From Saccostrea cucullata (lineage: Eukaryota): DNA of 64,000 nt. Positions 51,901 through 58,185 of this stretch are shown piece after piece. The notes under the pieces are model-generated. The model had not been told where the DNA came from, made no database searches, and was given only the letters and a program-made list of their open reading frames with translations. How positions within the stretch are numbered: position 1 is the stretch's first letter; each line of letters starts with the position of its first letter. Both the position numbers and the translations under genes were made by a program. The stretch lies in NCBI RefSeq assembly GCF_032062105.1, contig NW_026931074.1:281587-345586 (forward strand), in the 5' to 3' direction.

Positions 51901-52163
51901 CAGGAGAGGGAACCAGTTTGTTTATAGGCGGTACCAGATTAATTCTGATTCTGACAAAATCGGACCGTGGTATTATGATGACATTTATAATAGATTTAAA
52001 AATTTTATTATAGGATATTCTTTTTTTTAATCTGTTAACATGGTTAATACAATATGTACATGTAAGAAATTCATAATATATGTAATACTGGTATATGAAC
52101 TTTTTTCTTACCAGTGTCTTTCAGTGACCACTTGGACAAAAGTGACTTCCCTGATGTATCCAT
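13421..52163 (-). CDS. TEP1: TEP1 ortholog (telomerase/vault-associated protein 1), multi-exon gene locus with about 55 coding exons; start codon at 52163-52161, stop at 13423-13421
   Basis: Conceptual splicing on the minus strand gives a protein in the order of human TEP1. S-rich N-terminus. TROVE: [22 protein letters not shown] vs SRQFPFRFLNAHDAIDALEAQ. vWA: [11 protein letters not shown]...RGRTIVLSD vs NRYRQALETAV...PGRTVLV. DUF4062: [18 protein letters not shown]...SVTELEMH...FYIRDDSF vs [23 protein letters not shown] P-loop [11 protein letters not shown]. Many WD40 repeats. C-terminus [19 protein letters not shown] vs GDVQGNVYFLNWE*. GT-AG sites and codon phases are consistent between nearly all neighbouring exons. 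Confidence 0.85.
13772..13918 (-). CDS. TEP1: TEP1 penultimate WD40 exon ([49 protein letters not shown])
   Basis: Acceptor ctacag|ATA, donor GAACAG|GTAAGG; human IHSGSVTALHVLPELLVTASKDRDVKLWERPSMQLLGLFRCEG. Confidence 0.8.
14960..16100 (-). mobile_element. Second copy of the same satellite-carrying element in inverted orientation. It has about 5 copies of the 164 bp unit (15150-15960), a (GACAGACG)n microsatellite at 15975-16050 and a terminal hairpin at 16060-16090. It sits in the last TEP1 intron
   Basis: It is the reverse complement of the array and termini at 8900-10580 (aaccagaagtctctgtcgagactgaagctctactggtt; gctcttctggtctctgaccagtagagc). Confidence 0.6.
16290..17400. repeat. About 3.5 tandem copies of an about 320 bp unit with palindromic GCGCGCACGTGC/CATGCACGTGCG (E-box-like CACGTG) and CTGATTGGCTGAAAC (inverted CCAAT) motifs, inside the last TEP1 intron
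   Basis: Unit ...acatgcgcgtgtgctggcaagagcgcgcacgtgcaacatg...cttacgcgcatgcacgtgcgctttgctctgattggctgaaactaaagtctcaa... repeats at about 16290, 16640, 16960 and 17280. Confidence 0.7.
17964..18188 (-). CDS. TEP1: TEP1 exon ([75 protein letters not shown])
   Basis: Acceptor ttttttaag|GGA, donor TTGAAG|GTGAGT; phase 0/0 links 19210 to 13918. The listed ORF 17700..18176 runs on into intronic tandem copies of this exon end. Confidence 0.6.
19210..19327 (-). CDS. TEP1: TEP1 exon ([40 protein letters not shown])
   Basis: Acceptor atttag|G, donor CCCAAG|GTAATG; human ESDASMDSDASMDSEPTPHLK. Confidence 0.7.
19652..19822 (-). CDS. TEP1: TEP1 exon ([57 protein letters not shown])
   Basis: Acceptor gattttgatttccag|A, preferred over catacag|ACT at 19842 because only it keeps the phase; donor CTCGG|GTAAGA. 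Confidence 0.7.
20167..20294 (-). CDS. TEP1: TEP1 WD40 exon ([42 protein letters not shown])
   Basis: Acceptor cttacag|GTG, donor ACATT|GTAAGT. Confidence 0.75.
20640..21195 (+). mobile_element. Partial family B element (two about 170 bp units plus 3' hairpin gctcactggagccttcggctcaggtgagctaaaaa) in a TEP1 intron
   Basis: Sequence identity to the units and terminus of the other copies. Confidence 0.5.
21345..21414 (-). CDS. TEP1: TEP1 WD40 exon ([24 protein letters not shown])
   Basis: Acceptor gtgatttacag|G, donor CTGAAG|GTAAGT. Confidence 0.75.
21818..22029 (-). CDS. TEP1: TEP1 WD40 exon ([70 protein letters not shown])
   Basis: Acceptor ttttcccgttatag|GCA, donor AGCAG|GTCGGG; human TLLGHSGPVRAAAVSETSGLMLTASEDGSVRLWQV. 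Confidence 0.8.
22330..22469 (-). CDS. TEP1: TEP1 exon ([47 protein letters not shown]); 5' acceptor uncertain
   Basis: Donor CTACAG|GTCTGA; acceptor ttttattgtag|AG chosen for phase. An alternative acceptor lies at about 22490. Confidence 0.65.
22627..22777 (-). CDS. TEP1: TEP1 WD40 exon ([50 protein letters not shown])
   Basis: Acceptor ctgttgtag|TAT, donor GATGAGG|GTCAGT. Confidence 0.8.
23217..23324 (-). CDS. TEP1: TEP1 WD40 exon ([36 protein letters not shown])
   Basis: Acceptor tttttttctctacag|GTT, donor TTCAGT|GTAAGT. Confidence 0.8.
23451..24315. mobile_element. About 865 bp nonautonomous TA-flanked element with TIRs TACTGTACAGCAGG / CCTGCTATACAGTA (Tc1/mariner-like) in a TEP1 intron
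   Basis: Inverted termini at 23451 and 24300, each flanked by TA; CG-rich subterminal motifs (ttcgcggaa, tccgcgaattc). Confidence 0.45.
24547..24675 (-). CDS. TEP1: TEP1 WD40 exon ([43 protein letters not shown])
   Basis: Acceptor tttttccctacag|TCG, donor CCTT|GTATGT; human VLIHSFPACHRDWVTGCAWTKDNLLIS. Confidence 0.85.
24885..24990 (-). CDS. TEP1: TEP1 WD40 exon ([35 protein letters not shown])
   Basis: Acceptor atttgtag|A, donor GATGCT|GTGAGT. Confidence 0.75.
25381..25526 (-). CDS. TEP1: TEP1 exon ([48 protein letters not shown])
   Basis: Acceptor ccattttcag|GTG, donor AAGGG|GTGAGT. Confidence 0.75.
25691..25797 (-). CDS. TEP1: TEP1 WD40 exon ([36 protein letters not shown])
   Basis: Acceptor attttcag|GG, donor CAACT|GTAATA. 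Confidence 0.75.
25896..26043 (-). CDS. TEP1: TEP1 WD40 exon ([49 protein letters not shown])
   Basis: Donor CTACAG|GTATCA; human [50 protein letters not shown]. Confidence 0.85.
26398..26496 (-). CDS. TEP1: TEP1 WD40 exon ([33 protein letters not shown])
   Basis: Acceptor tctttaacag|GTG, donor ATCAAG|GTAACA. Confidence 0.8.
26628..26748 (-). CDS. TEP1: TEP1 WD40 exon ([40 protein letters not shown]); the conserved reading needs a -1 correction in the CCCC run at about 26691-26694
   Basis: Acceptor aattcttag|GTA and donor ACTCAG|GTAAGG are strong. The 5' part is in one frame and the 3' part in the adjacent frame; joined they read ...[25 protein letters not shown], matching human ...ITGCCLSPDCRLLATVCLGGCLKLW. 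Confidence 0.7.
26779..26986. mobile_element. About 208 bp MITE with TIRs CTGTAGATCACTT / AAGTGATTTACAG and TA target-site duplication, in a TEP1 intron
   Basis: Near-identical copies, in either orientation, at 37434-37634 and 58796-59003; TA on both sides of each copy. Confidence 0.65.
27284..27389 (-). CDS. TEP1: TEP1 WD40 exon ([36 protein letters not shown])
   Basis: Acceptor taatttacag|C, donor AGCA|GTAAGT; human LNCVAFHPEGQVIATGSWAGSISFF. Confidence 0.8.
27875..28024 (-). CDS. TEP1: TEP1 WD40 exon ([50 protein letters not shown])
   Basis: Acceptor aatttcag|G, donor GGGCAG|GTAAGG (perfect consensus). Confidence 0.8.
28428..28552 (-). CDS. TEP1: TEP1 WD40 exon ([41 protein letters not shown])
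   Basis: Acceptor ccacag|GAA, donor CACAG|GTCAGT. Confidence 0.8.
28645..28740 (-). CDS. TEP1: TEP1 WD40 exon ([32 protein letters not shown])
   Basis: Acceptor cttgtag|CCT, donor GGAAAG|GTAAAC; human TAVAFSTNGQRAAVGTANGTVYLLDLRTWQEEK. Confidence 0.8.
29027..29201 (-). CDS. TEP1: TEP1 exon ([59 protein letters not shown])
   Basis: Acceptor tattttcaatcag|G, donor CCACAG|GTAGCA; human SQYPRLLPQQAANQ. Confidence 0.75.
29400..29505 (-). CDS. TEP1: TEP1 exon ([35 protein letters not shown])
   Basis: Acceptor cttgtgtag|AA, donor GA|GTAGGT, which bypasses the in-frame TAG. Confidence 0.6.
29749..29863 (-). CDS. TEP1: TEP1 exon ([38 protein letters not shown])
   Basis: Acceptor ctatttatacag|GCT, donor AAAG|GTGAGG. 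Confidence 0.7.
30189..30408 (-). CDS. TEP1: TEP1 exon ([74 protein letters not shown])
   Basis: Acceptor catcttag|T, donor CACCTG|GTATAA; human ...EALGDLPYHLLQSG. Confidence 0.7.
31377..31554 (-). CDS. TEP1: TEP1 exon ([59 protein letters not shown]); 3' donor CAC|GTAATT is weak
   Basis: Acceptor ctattttag|GG (phase 1). The donor was chosen so the in-frame TAA is avoided and the phase matches the next exon. Confidence 0.55.
32584..32716 (-). CDS. TEP1: TEP1 exon ([44 protein letters not shown])
   Basis: Acceptor cgtag|GTG, donor GGATG|GTAAGA; human LRTLPATVPLLLQHILSTLEKEHGPDVLPQALTALEVTRSG. Confidence 0.75.
33442..33618 (-). CDS. TEP1: TEP1 exon ([59 protein letters not shown])
   Basis: Acceptor ttttgacttcag|AAT, donor AATCAG|GTAAAT; human LALGPLEASARARLVREELALYGKRLEESPFNNQ. 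Confidence 0.85.
33870..34017 (-). CDS. TEP1: TEP1 exon ([50 protein letters not shown])
   Basis: Acceptor cttgtgacag|A, donor TCAAAG|GTGAGG; human QTQVLIIDGADRLVDQNGQLISDWIPKKLP. Confidence 0.8.
34366..34541 (-). CDS. TEP1: TEP1 exon ([58 protein letters not shown])
   Basis: Acceptor gtgctttcag|TCG, donor CAA|GTAATG; human ASLVFFHFSGARPDQGLALTLLRRLCTYLRGQL. Confidence 0.8.
34768..34950 (-). CDS. TEP1: TEP1 exon with NACHT P-loop ([10 protein letters not shown]...[18 protein letters not shown])
   Basis: Acceptor aatttatcag|GAG, donor CTTCTG|GTAGGG; Walker A GKAGTGKT; human LSLVTGQSGQGKTAFL. Confidence 0.85.
35020..35715 (+). mobile_element. Hairpin-ended satellite-carrying element, family B. 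5' GGCCCATGGGCCACATCGCTCACCTGAG, two about 170 bp units, a (GACA)n run, and 3' hairpin AGCTCACTTGAGCCTCCGGCTCAGGTGAGCTAAAA. In a TEP1 intron
   Basis: Same termini and internal units as the copies at 38625-39905, 52350-53025 and 56878-58195; the 3' stem AGCTCAC(T/C)TGAGCC / GGCTCAGGTGAGCT is a near-perfect inverted repeat followed by CTAA. Confidence 0.6.
35911..36031 (-). CDS. TEP1: TEP1 exon ([41 protein letters not shown])
   Basis: Acceptor ccacag|GTA, donor GATGAG|GTGAGA; human [38 protein letters not shown]. Confidence 0.85.
36191..36304 (-). CDS. TEP1: TEP1 exon ([38 protein letters not shown])
   Basis: Acceptor ctttgacag|G, donor AAAGG|GTGAGT. Confidence 0.7.
36557..36797 (-). CDS. 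TEP1: TEP1 exon, DUF4062-type ([80 protein letters not shown])
   Basis: NAGNAG acceptor tattacagag|CA (phase 1), donor GAAAG|GTGAGT; human [79 protein letters not shown]. Confidence 0.85.
37012..37181 (-). CDS. TEP1: TEP1 exon ([57 protein letters not shown])
   Basis: Acceptor aaatttcag|T, donor ACCG|GTGAGT; human [54 protein letters not shown]. Confidence 0.85.
37434..37634. mobile_element. Second copy of the about 205 bp TA-flanked MITE, inverted relative to 26779-26986, in a TEP1 intron
   Basis: Reverse complement of the 26779-26986 copy; termini CTGTAAATCACTT...AAGTGATCTACAG with flanking TA. Confidence 0.65.
38180..38341 (-). CDS. TEP1: TEP1 exon ([53 protein letters not shown])
   Basis: Acceptor tttatttccag|G, donor CCAAG|GTACAG; phase 2 in and 2 out, connecting to the next exon. 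Confidence 0.65.
38625..39905 (+). mobile_element. Family B element with about 6 tandem 170 bp units and a (GACG/GACA)n microsatellite at 39795-39850, in a TEP1 intron
   Basis: 5' ggcccatgggccacatcgctcacctgag at 38625; unit ttctggcccagtggttcttgagaagaagattttcaaagatttttcctatatatttctatgtaaaactttgat...ggtcatgatttgaacaatttaa repeats; 3' hairpin gctcacttgagccttcggctcaggtgagctaaaaa at 39870-39905. Confidence 0.65.
40879..40930 (-). CDS. TEP1: Tentative TEP1 exon ([18 protein letters not shown])
   Basis: Good acceptor cattttcaacag|GTG and donor GATTG|GTAAAG, but the phase does not connect to the next confirmed exon at 38341, so at least one exon between 38342 and 40878 is missing or this call is wrong. 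Confidence 0.3.
41191..41271 (-). CDS. TEP1: TEP1 exon ([27 protein letters not shown])
   Basis: Acceptor ctataatctacag|TTC, donor TTGAAG|GTATGA; phase 0/0. Confidence 0.5.
41653..41728 (-). CDS. TEP1: TEP1 exon ([26 protein letters not shown]); 5' boundary uncertain
   Basis: Donor AAAT|GTGAGT is strong; the chosen acceptor catcgag|T has a poor pyrimidine tract but gives the right phase; human TDAILKFIAEHGASHLLEHV. Confidence 0.5.
42741..42883 (-). CDS. TEP1: TEP1 exon ([47 protein letters not shown])
   Basis: Acceptor gctatag|GTG, donor CTGTGG|GTGAGT; human VDRVILLGQSMDDGMINVAKQLYWQRVNSKCLFVGILLRRVQYLSTDLNPNDVTLSGC. Confidence 0.75.
43240..43332 (-). CDS. TEP1: TEP1 exon ([31 protein letters not shown])
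   Basis: Acceptor ttttggtag|ATA, donor ATACAG|GTATGC; phase 0/0. Confidence 0.6.
43535..43681 (-). CDS. TEP1: TEP1 exon ([49 protein letters not shown])
   Basis: Acceptor ttttttacacgtcag|ATG, donor AAAAAG|GTTAGA; human LNYALLLIGMMITRAEQVDVVLCGGDTLKTAVLKAEEGILKTAIKLQ. Confidence 0.75.
44610..44790 (-). CDS. TEP1: TEP1 exon, TROVE/vWA ([60 protein letters not shown])
   Basis: Acceptor ttaattaacag|A, donor GACAG|GTAAGA; human EMLNRYRQALETAVNLSVKHSLPLLPGRTVLVYLTDANADRLCPKS. Confidence 0.85.
44955..45123 (-). CDS. TEP1: TEP1 exon ([57 protein letters not shown])
   Basis: Acceptor gattttag|AG (phase 1 in), donor CGAA|GTAATA (phase 2 out), which bypasses the in-frame TAA; joins in frame to the next exon. 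Confidence 0.65.
45496..45586 (-). CDS. TEP1: TEP1 exon, TROVE ([30 protein letters not shown])
   Basis: Acceptor ttgtttttaatacag|AGA, donor ACTC|GTGAGT; human HSRQFPFRFLNAHDAIDALEAQ. Confidence 0.85.
45730..46420. repeat. About 4 tandem copies of an about 145 bp unit, then a (GACAGACG)n microsatellite (46270-46350) and hairpin TATACCCCCCTCTCCTTCGGAGCGGGGGTATA. In a TEP1 intron
   Basis: Unit gagaaaactg(a/c)gacgaaaatttgttatgtatgaaatggacagac(a/g)cacagacaaacaggaagttg... recurs at about 45790, 45935, 46080 and 46230. Confidence 0.7.
47767..47876 (-). CDS. TEP1: TEP1 exon ([37 protein letters not shown])
   Basis: Acceptor tttttatataacag|AT, donor GATGAG|GTATGA; human [36 protein letters not shown]. 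Confidence 0.85.
48119..48276 (-). CDS. TEP1: TEP1 exon ([52 protein letters not shown]); frame differs from the listed six-frame ORF
   Basis: Acceptor ccttgttttgaag|G, donor CATTG|GTCAGT; human [52 protein letters not shown]. Confidence 0.85.
48560..48696 (-). CDS. TEP1: TEP1 exon ([45 protein letters not shown])
   Basis: Acceptor tattattttaacag|CTG; donor AA|GTCAGT (moderate); human RFTLKKLVQRLHIHKPAQHVQALLG. Confidence 0.7.
48952..49193 (-). CDS. TEP1: TEP1 exon ([28 protein letters not shown]...EENIHRQ), basic/RGG-rich
   Basis: Acceptor gcaatattgtag|CAA with phase 1, joining to give QL|AKYN (human YQLAKYNPRKHRAKRH); donor CGTCAG|GTTAGA. Confidence 0.75.
49550..49646 (-). CDS. TEP1: TEP1 exon ([32 protein letters not shown])
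   Basis: Acceptor ttttctggcag|GCG, donor TTAG|GTATGA; human CLRTAMTDKFAQFDEYQL. Confidence 0.8.
50032..50193 (-). CDS. TEP1: TEP1 exon ([54 protein letters not shown])
   Basis: Acceptor tgtgtatttatag|GTT, donor CAG|GTGAGT; matches human ASLYARQQLNVRNVANNILAIAAFLPACRPHLRRYFCAIVQLPSDWIQVAELYQ. Confidence 0.85.
50377..50511 (-). CDS. TEP1: TEP1 exon ([45 protein letters not shown])
   Basis: Acceptor ctgtttctctatag|CTG, donor CTTAAG|GTACAT; DPEFILK matches human EPEFILKASLYARQQLN. Confidence 0.75.
50651..51451 (-). CDS. TEP1: TEP1 large serine-rich low-complexity exon (about 267 codons); 5' boundary tentative
   Basis: Long minus-strand ORF (listed 50615..51511). Acceptor gggttacag|AGC chosen because 801 nt gives phase 0 in and out; donor CTTAAAG|GTTAGA. 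Ends ...PLHDVNGLK. Confidence 0.55.
52113..52163 (-). CDS. TEP1: TEP1 coding exon 1 ([17 protein letters not shown]); ATG preceded by in-frame TGA; donor CACTG|GTAAGA
   Basis: ATG on the minus strand at 52163-52161 with a stop two codons upstream; strong donor; phase 0 out, matching the next exon. Confidence 0.5.
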
Positions 52164-52349
52164 GCTTCAGAACTTAGAATCCTCACTCCAATTGAAATCT
52201 CTAAAGAACTGATCAATAACTGTAGATGCTGCAAAAAATAAAACTGTTACTTTTTTAGAGAGAACAATTTACTGCAGATTGAGATACTAAACATGCTAAA
52301 ACTAAAAATTTTATCCATATGATATTGGGATTAGCCACTATCTACATGT

Positions 52350-53025
52350 AAATGGGCCACAATGCTCACCCGAGTTGCTTTGGAACTTGTTGTTCTGCAA
52401 TAGAAATTCCTAAATTCAAAATTTTGATTGCTTTTTGTGGCTCCATCCCATAACAGAGCTAAGTTTTAAACAAAAATTGAATCTTCACTTTCAGAGGATG
52501 CTTATTCACATTAACATGTTCAACATGACTTTACTTTTCTTGAGAAAAGGAGTTTTAAAGATTTTTCCCAAATTAGTCCTATTATGGCCCCATCCATGGG
52601 GACATGCTCTGGAAAATTTACAATCTACACTACCCCTGTAAATATTAACTCCCAGCAGACCATGAATTGAAGAATTTACAATAAACAATGCCTCAGAAGT
52701 CTTCACATAAGTTTCATCTCTTCTGTTCCAGTGGTTCTTGAGTAAAATATCTTTAAATTAGGATTTTCCTTCATATTTTATTGCAAATTTCTTATTGTGG
52801 CCCTATGTACCTTACCCATGGAGGGCATAAATTAAACAATTCACAAACTACACTTTCAAACATAAGTGTTAGCTTTTTAGACTGGTGGTTTTTAAGTAGG
52901 TTTTTAAAATTTTTCTTAAAAGAAGTTGAAAATATAAAAAGTTTACAGACGGATGGGGTCGGACAGACGGACACAATTAGTGATCATCAGAAACTAAATC
53001 TAGCTCAGGACAGGTGAGCTATAAA
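52350..53025 (+). mobile_element. Family B element, diverged copy, in the TEP1/SPEF1 intergenic region
   Basis: 5' gggccacaatgctcacccgag; 3' ...gacggacacaattagtgatcatcagaaactaaatctagctcaggacaggtgagctataaa. Confidence 0.45.
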
Positions 53026-53949
53026 TGTTATATTTCCTCATAATTTTCACATGGTGCAATAATGTGAAATCTGTAAACCATGTTGACAGTCATAGTTATT
53101 TTTAATCACAACATGCTGAAACAGGAAAATATTACTTTGCAAAGCATTTCACTTTTCCTGCTAGAGGACAGGGTTACATTTTTCTCTTATCATGACGATA
53201 CTCAGAAATAAATAACAAACTAAAATCACTACATGGCTAACCATGCTAACGTCTTCAGTAAAGTCTGAAATGAGTAAATCTTTTCCCCATGTGTATTGCA
53301 TTCAACAACACGCAGCTTTTACATGCTGCAGCTGTGCTGGTATACCTATTTGCATTATTGCCTACTTGAACAGAATATGTACATTGTAAATGAATAAATG
53401 CAGAACGTTAAAGAAAATATTTACCAGTGTTTTCACATCTTTACATTCGAGACAGGCGAGTTGATCGAGTCATAAACGGAATATACTTTTACACTACAGT
53501 TTACTCAAAGTGTTGCAATACTTCCGGTACAAATTCTACTTTTATTTTCATTTTTCGCTTCATATCAGAGAGCAAACTAATTATCAGTATCACACAAATA
53601 TTTACTCAAAATAATCTTCTTTTTTACTGTTATTGTTGTGATCAATACATTATTTATCATATTGTGTTTTAAATAAGTTTAAATTATGAAAAAATGGATA
53701 AGTAGTACAAATTTTCAATCTTTATAATTTATTATTCTACTTTCACTTTCCGGGCGGAAATTGGCTTGTTACTAACGACAACAAAGCGGATTTCCACTTT
53801 GACCCGTGAGCATTGAAGCGGACAAGACAGTTTCATGGGCGAGTTTGCAATCGGAAGTTCTTATGAATGGTGTATAGGAGTTTGATTTAGTATTTATTGA
53901 CATACAATTATTTTTTTTTCACTTGACAAATGTACAATTTCAATAAGAA

Positions 53950-54109
53950 ATGGAAACTATAACATTTAGGCGACAACTGAACGGGTTAACACGCGTGGAC
54001 ATGGAAGAATATTTCGATGATGTCGAATTAGAAAATTTATACCAATGGATTGATAGAATTCCATTATCGAGGCCTAAAAAGAACATTGGGAAAGATTTTT
54101 CCGATGGAG
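53950..54109 (+). CDS. SPEF1: SPEF1-like (CH-like/DUF1042 domain) coding exon 1: METITFRRQLNGLTRVDMEEYFDDVELENLYQWIDRIPLSRPKKNIGKDFSDG
   Basis: ATG at 53950; donor GATGGAG|GTAATG; LYQWIDRIPLSRPKKNIGKDFSDG matches SPEF1 LYLWVDNIPLSRPKRNLSRDFSDGV. Confidence 0.75.
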
Positions 54110-56877
54110 GTAATGGATTAGCTCAATTATTGCAATTTGATTTCATGCTCATTATATGTGGAGGCATGCCAGGTTAACTTAGGATTTATACCTGGTGCAT
54201 TCTGCATTTGATCCATTGCCAATGTAATGTAAACTTTCCAGATAAATTACTTTCTTTTAAATATTGCTAAGTTCAGTCTTAATGTAGAAAACTGAAATTG
54301 GGTATAGCATTAAATATATCTATATATACTTTTCTTTTTTAATTTACAGAATACACTGAAAAATAAAAATTAATTCTCCCAACAAGTTAAAGGTTTATAA
54401 CGTAAAGAATTATTTGATTGATTTAGGGCGTAAAAGCCAAATTGTAAAGAACTGAATTTATGACACCCTGGAAACTAAAGGATTTTAGTACTTCATGTTT
54501 AATTGCAATTAAAATAATTTCAGAGCTGAAGAAAAATGACGGTCGTTGCATCAGCCCTTATAAATTTTCCAATACCATATTTTTTCAGCAATATTATAAT
54601 ATATCGAAATTCACTATAATCATTTATAATCCCAGGAATAAATCAGGCAGCTTATCCCAGGAATTTGGCAAGCAATAGTATTTACCAATCAAGTTTCTAA
54701 TTCTTGGTCTTTAAACTTTATCTGTAAGCGAAATATACTTTTTTTTAAAAAAGAATTTAAAAAATATAATACCAGTAAGAACTGGCAGCATAAATCATAA
54801 TATTTTTATATTTTAAACAAAGTAAAGTTATATATTCTTTAAAGTTTTGGAGAGCTTTACCAAAACCATGAGAAAAAATTATTAGCTAGATCATTGTGGA
54901 ACAGATATATGCATGCATGCTGATAATAAAAAATACATCATGAGGGAATACTACAAAGTGGGACATCCCTGGCAAAAAGGCACATAGATCCCGGCGATGT
55001 GAATTATTATTTGTGTAATGGAAGTTATACACTCTCTCACTCACCTACACTTACATAATGCATGTTATGTACGTATTCCCTCCATTTTCATCGCAATTGA
55101 ATAATAACTAGTTAATGAAATGTGCCTTTTCTGTAGATAAGTAAGTCATTTAAGTTCAGTATGTATCATCAAACCTGTGATTAACAAATCAAAGTGTAAG
55201 CCAGGGGTATTGAAAAGGCTCTATCTTAGAATCAAAGATTAGTTACTAGACCAATATTTTTCACATTAATTTATTGACACAGTGTTGATAAATGGCAGAC
55301 TTGAAAATTGTTCTGGTGGTTTTCACCAAAGTCTACTCAATAATGAATTGTTAACCTATCACCATTCCAAACAGAAGAAAGTCCTGTGTAAATAGATTTC
55401 ATGATTATCCATATTTTATAATTGGGTTTGAAATCAAACAAAACATGGAAAACACCGTAAAAATCAATAGAAAACCATTATTGTTGAACATGTCATTTTT
55501 TCTGTAACACATTCATTAGAAAATTGAAAAACAAATTTTAAAAAAGCATTAGATATATTTCACAAAAGGTTTTCATTACATATTTCTTTTTATAGTTAAC
55601 TATATGATAAAAGTTTCTGACAATCTCTTAGCAGGTCATTCCCCTGAAGTTATGTTAATTTCTTGCTTATATTGATTAATTTCCTATATTTAGTTGACCC
55701 ATTTGATTTGATTACTTCCTGTGATTGGTGACATTTGGTGTGGACATTTTTGTCGCCAATCAGTACATGACATTCAATATTAATAAAACCAATCATTAAG
55801 TATTACAATTTACAGCAAGTCAAAAGTCAAAGTCGTCTCAGATTTTTTTAGGAGGGCAATAAAAATTTTCACTTTTACATCATTGTGTTTTACAGTAGAC
55901 CTGTTTTGATTCCTAGAAATGATAAATTATTTATAATGCACCTCTCTTTTAATAAAAAAAGCAATATATTTTTCTCTTTCCATCATTAATAAATGGTAGT
56001 ATTTCATTCATAATGAAACACAACTAGTTGTCAGTGGAAACTGCAAATTTAATGACAACATGCATGTACAGTACTATCACTGCTCCCCTGACTCTTTGGA
56101 CATTTATTAGTGAGAGATTGCCTGATATTGAACTTCTGTTAAATATATTGCATCCTATCCAATGGACCAAGTACTTTTTCTAATTCCATCCATATGTATG
56201 AGATATTTTTTTTTTAGTTTATTAAAAAGTATTTAAAAATATAATGGAGAACTATAGTAAGCATGCCCCAAGTATTCTTTATAAAGATAAATTAATGCAT
56301 ACATTTATGTATCTACCATGTTATATTTCACTTCATTAAAGAGCATTAATATTGTTTTATTTATTGAATGGCTTTCCATTAACATTTGAGGTATTGGATA
56401 ATTATGGACCTTCTTTATTCTTAATTATTTCGCTGAAACATTTCAAATTGAATCTATTTTTAAGGTTTCATGGGTGTTTTTCCTTTCTGACATATATGAT
56501 AGGATAATATTTGGGCAGGCCATATTTGCCTTTCAGACCTAGCCATCTTAACAGCCTTACCTAATTTCACTTTGGCTGCTTACAGTTTAAACACAAGGCC
56601 TTGTCCCTTAAACCACTTCTGTTTTAGACCCTGTATTGGGTAGAAAAGTTCTTATGTAAACGAGAGTTAAATGTCTTAGTTACAATGTTTGAGATAATGA
56701 GACAGCTAAATTGTTTGATTTTCTGATTAGCTTTGGAATAGTTTGTTGTTAAGGACACAAAACACCATTTTCTGAGATACCTCTCCATATCTCCCCTGAA
56801 CAATTTTAAATAAGTCGTAAAGCTAATCAGTAACCATCTCAATCCCTCCCCTTCACTCCACATGCAGAAAATTGAAA

Positions 56878-56881
56878 CAAA

Positions 56882-56926
<45 letters not shown>

Positions 56927-56985
56927 CTGTCTGTCTGTCTGTCCGTCTGTCTGTCTGTCCGTCTGTCCGTCTGTAAACTTTTCAC

Positions 56986-57022
<37 letters not shown>

Positions 57023-58147
57023 TGACCAGACTTGGTACAAAGCATCCTTGGGTGAAGGGGAATTGAAATTGTTAAAATGAAGGGACATATCCCCTCGCAA
57101 GGGGAGATAATCAAGAAAAGACAAAAATAGGGTGGGGTCATTAAAAAATCTTCTTCTCAAGAACCACTGGGCCAGAAAACCTGAAACTTATATTAAAGCA
57201 TCCTAGGGTAGTGTAGATATTAAATTGTTCAAATCATGACCCCCGGGGGAAGGGCGGGGCCACAATGGGAAATCAAAGTTTTACATAGAAATATATAGGA
57301 AAAATCTTTGAAAATCTTCTTCTCAAGAACTACTGGGCCAGAAAAGCTGAAACTTATGTGAAAGCATCCTAGGGTAGTGTAGATATTAAATTGTTCAAAT
57401 CATGACACCCGGGGGGAAGGGTGGGGCCACAATGGGGAATCAAAGTTTTACATAGAAATATATAGGAAAAATCTTTGAAAATCTTCTTCTCAAGAACTAC
57501 TGGGCCAGAAACGCTAAAACTTATGGGGAAGCATCCTAGGGTAGTGTAGATATTAAATTGTTCAAATCATGACCCCCAGGGGAAGGGTGGGGCCACAATG
57601 GGGAATCAAATTTTTACATAGAAATATATAGGAAAAATCTTTGAAAATCTTCTTCTCAAGAACTACTGGGCCAGAAAAGCTGAAACTTATGTGGAAGCAT
57701 CCTGGGATAGTGTAGATTCTAAATTGTAAAAATCATGACCCCCGGGGGAAGGGTGGGGCCACAATGGGGAATCAAAGTTTTACATAGAAATATATAGGAA
57801 AAATCTTTGAAAATCTTCTTCTCAGGAACCACCGGGCCAGAAAAGTTGAAACTTATGTGGAAGCATTCTTGGGTAGTGTAGATTTTAAATTGTTCAAATC
57901 ATGACCCCCAGGGGAAGAGTGGAGCCACAATGGGGGGATCAAAGTTTTACATAAAAATATATAGGAAAAATCTTTGAAAATCTTCTTCTCAAGAACCACT
58001 GGGCCAGAAAAGCTGAAACTTATTTGCACATGGAAGGATCCTGGGGTAGTTGATTTCAAAATGTCTTAATTATGATCAGTGGGGTAGGGTGGGGATACAT
58101 AATGTATTACAAGGGGGAAATCTGGTAAAGAACAGAATGGTCAAAGC

Positions 58148-58185
<38 letters not shown>

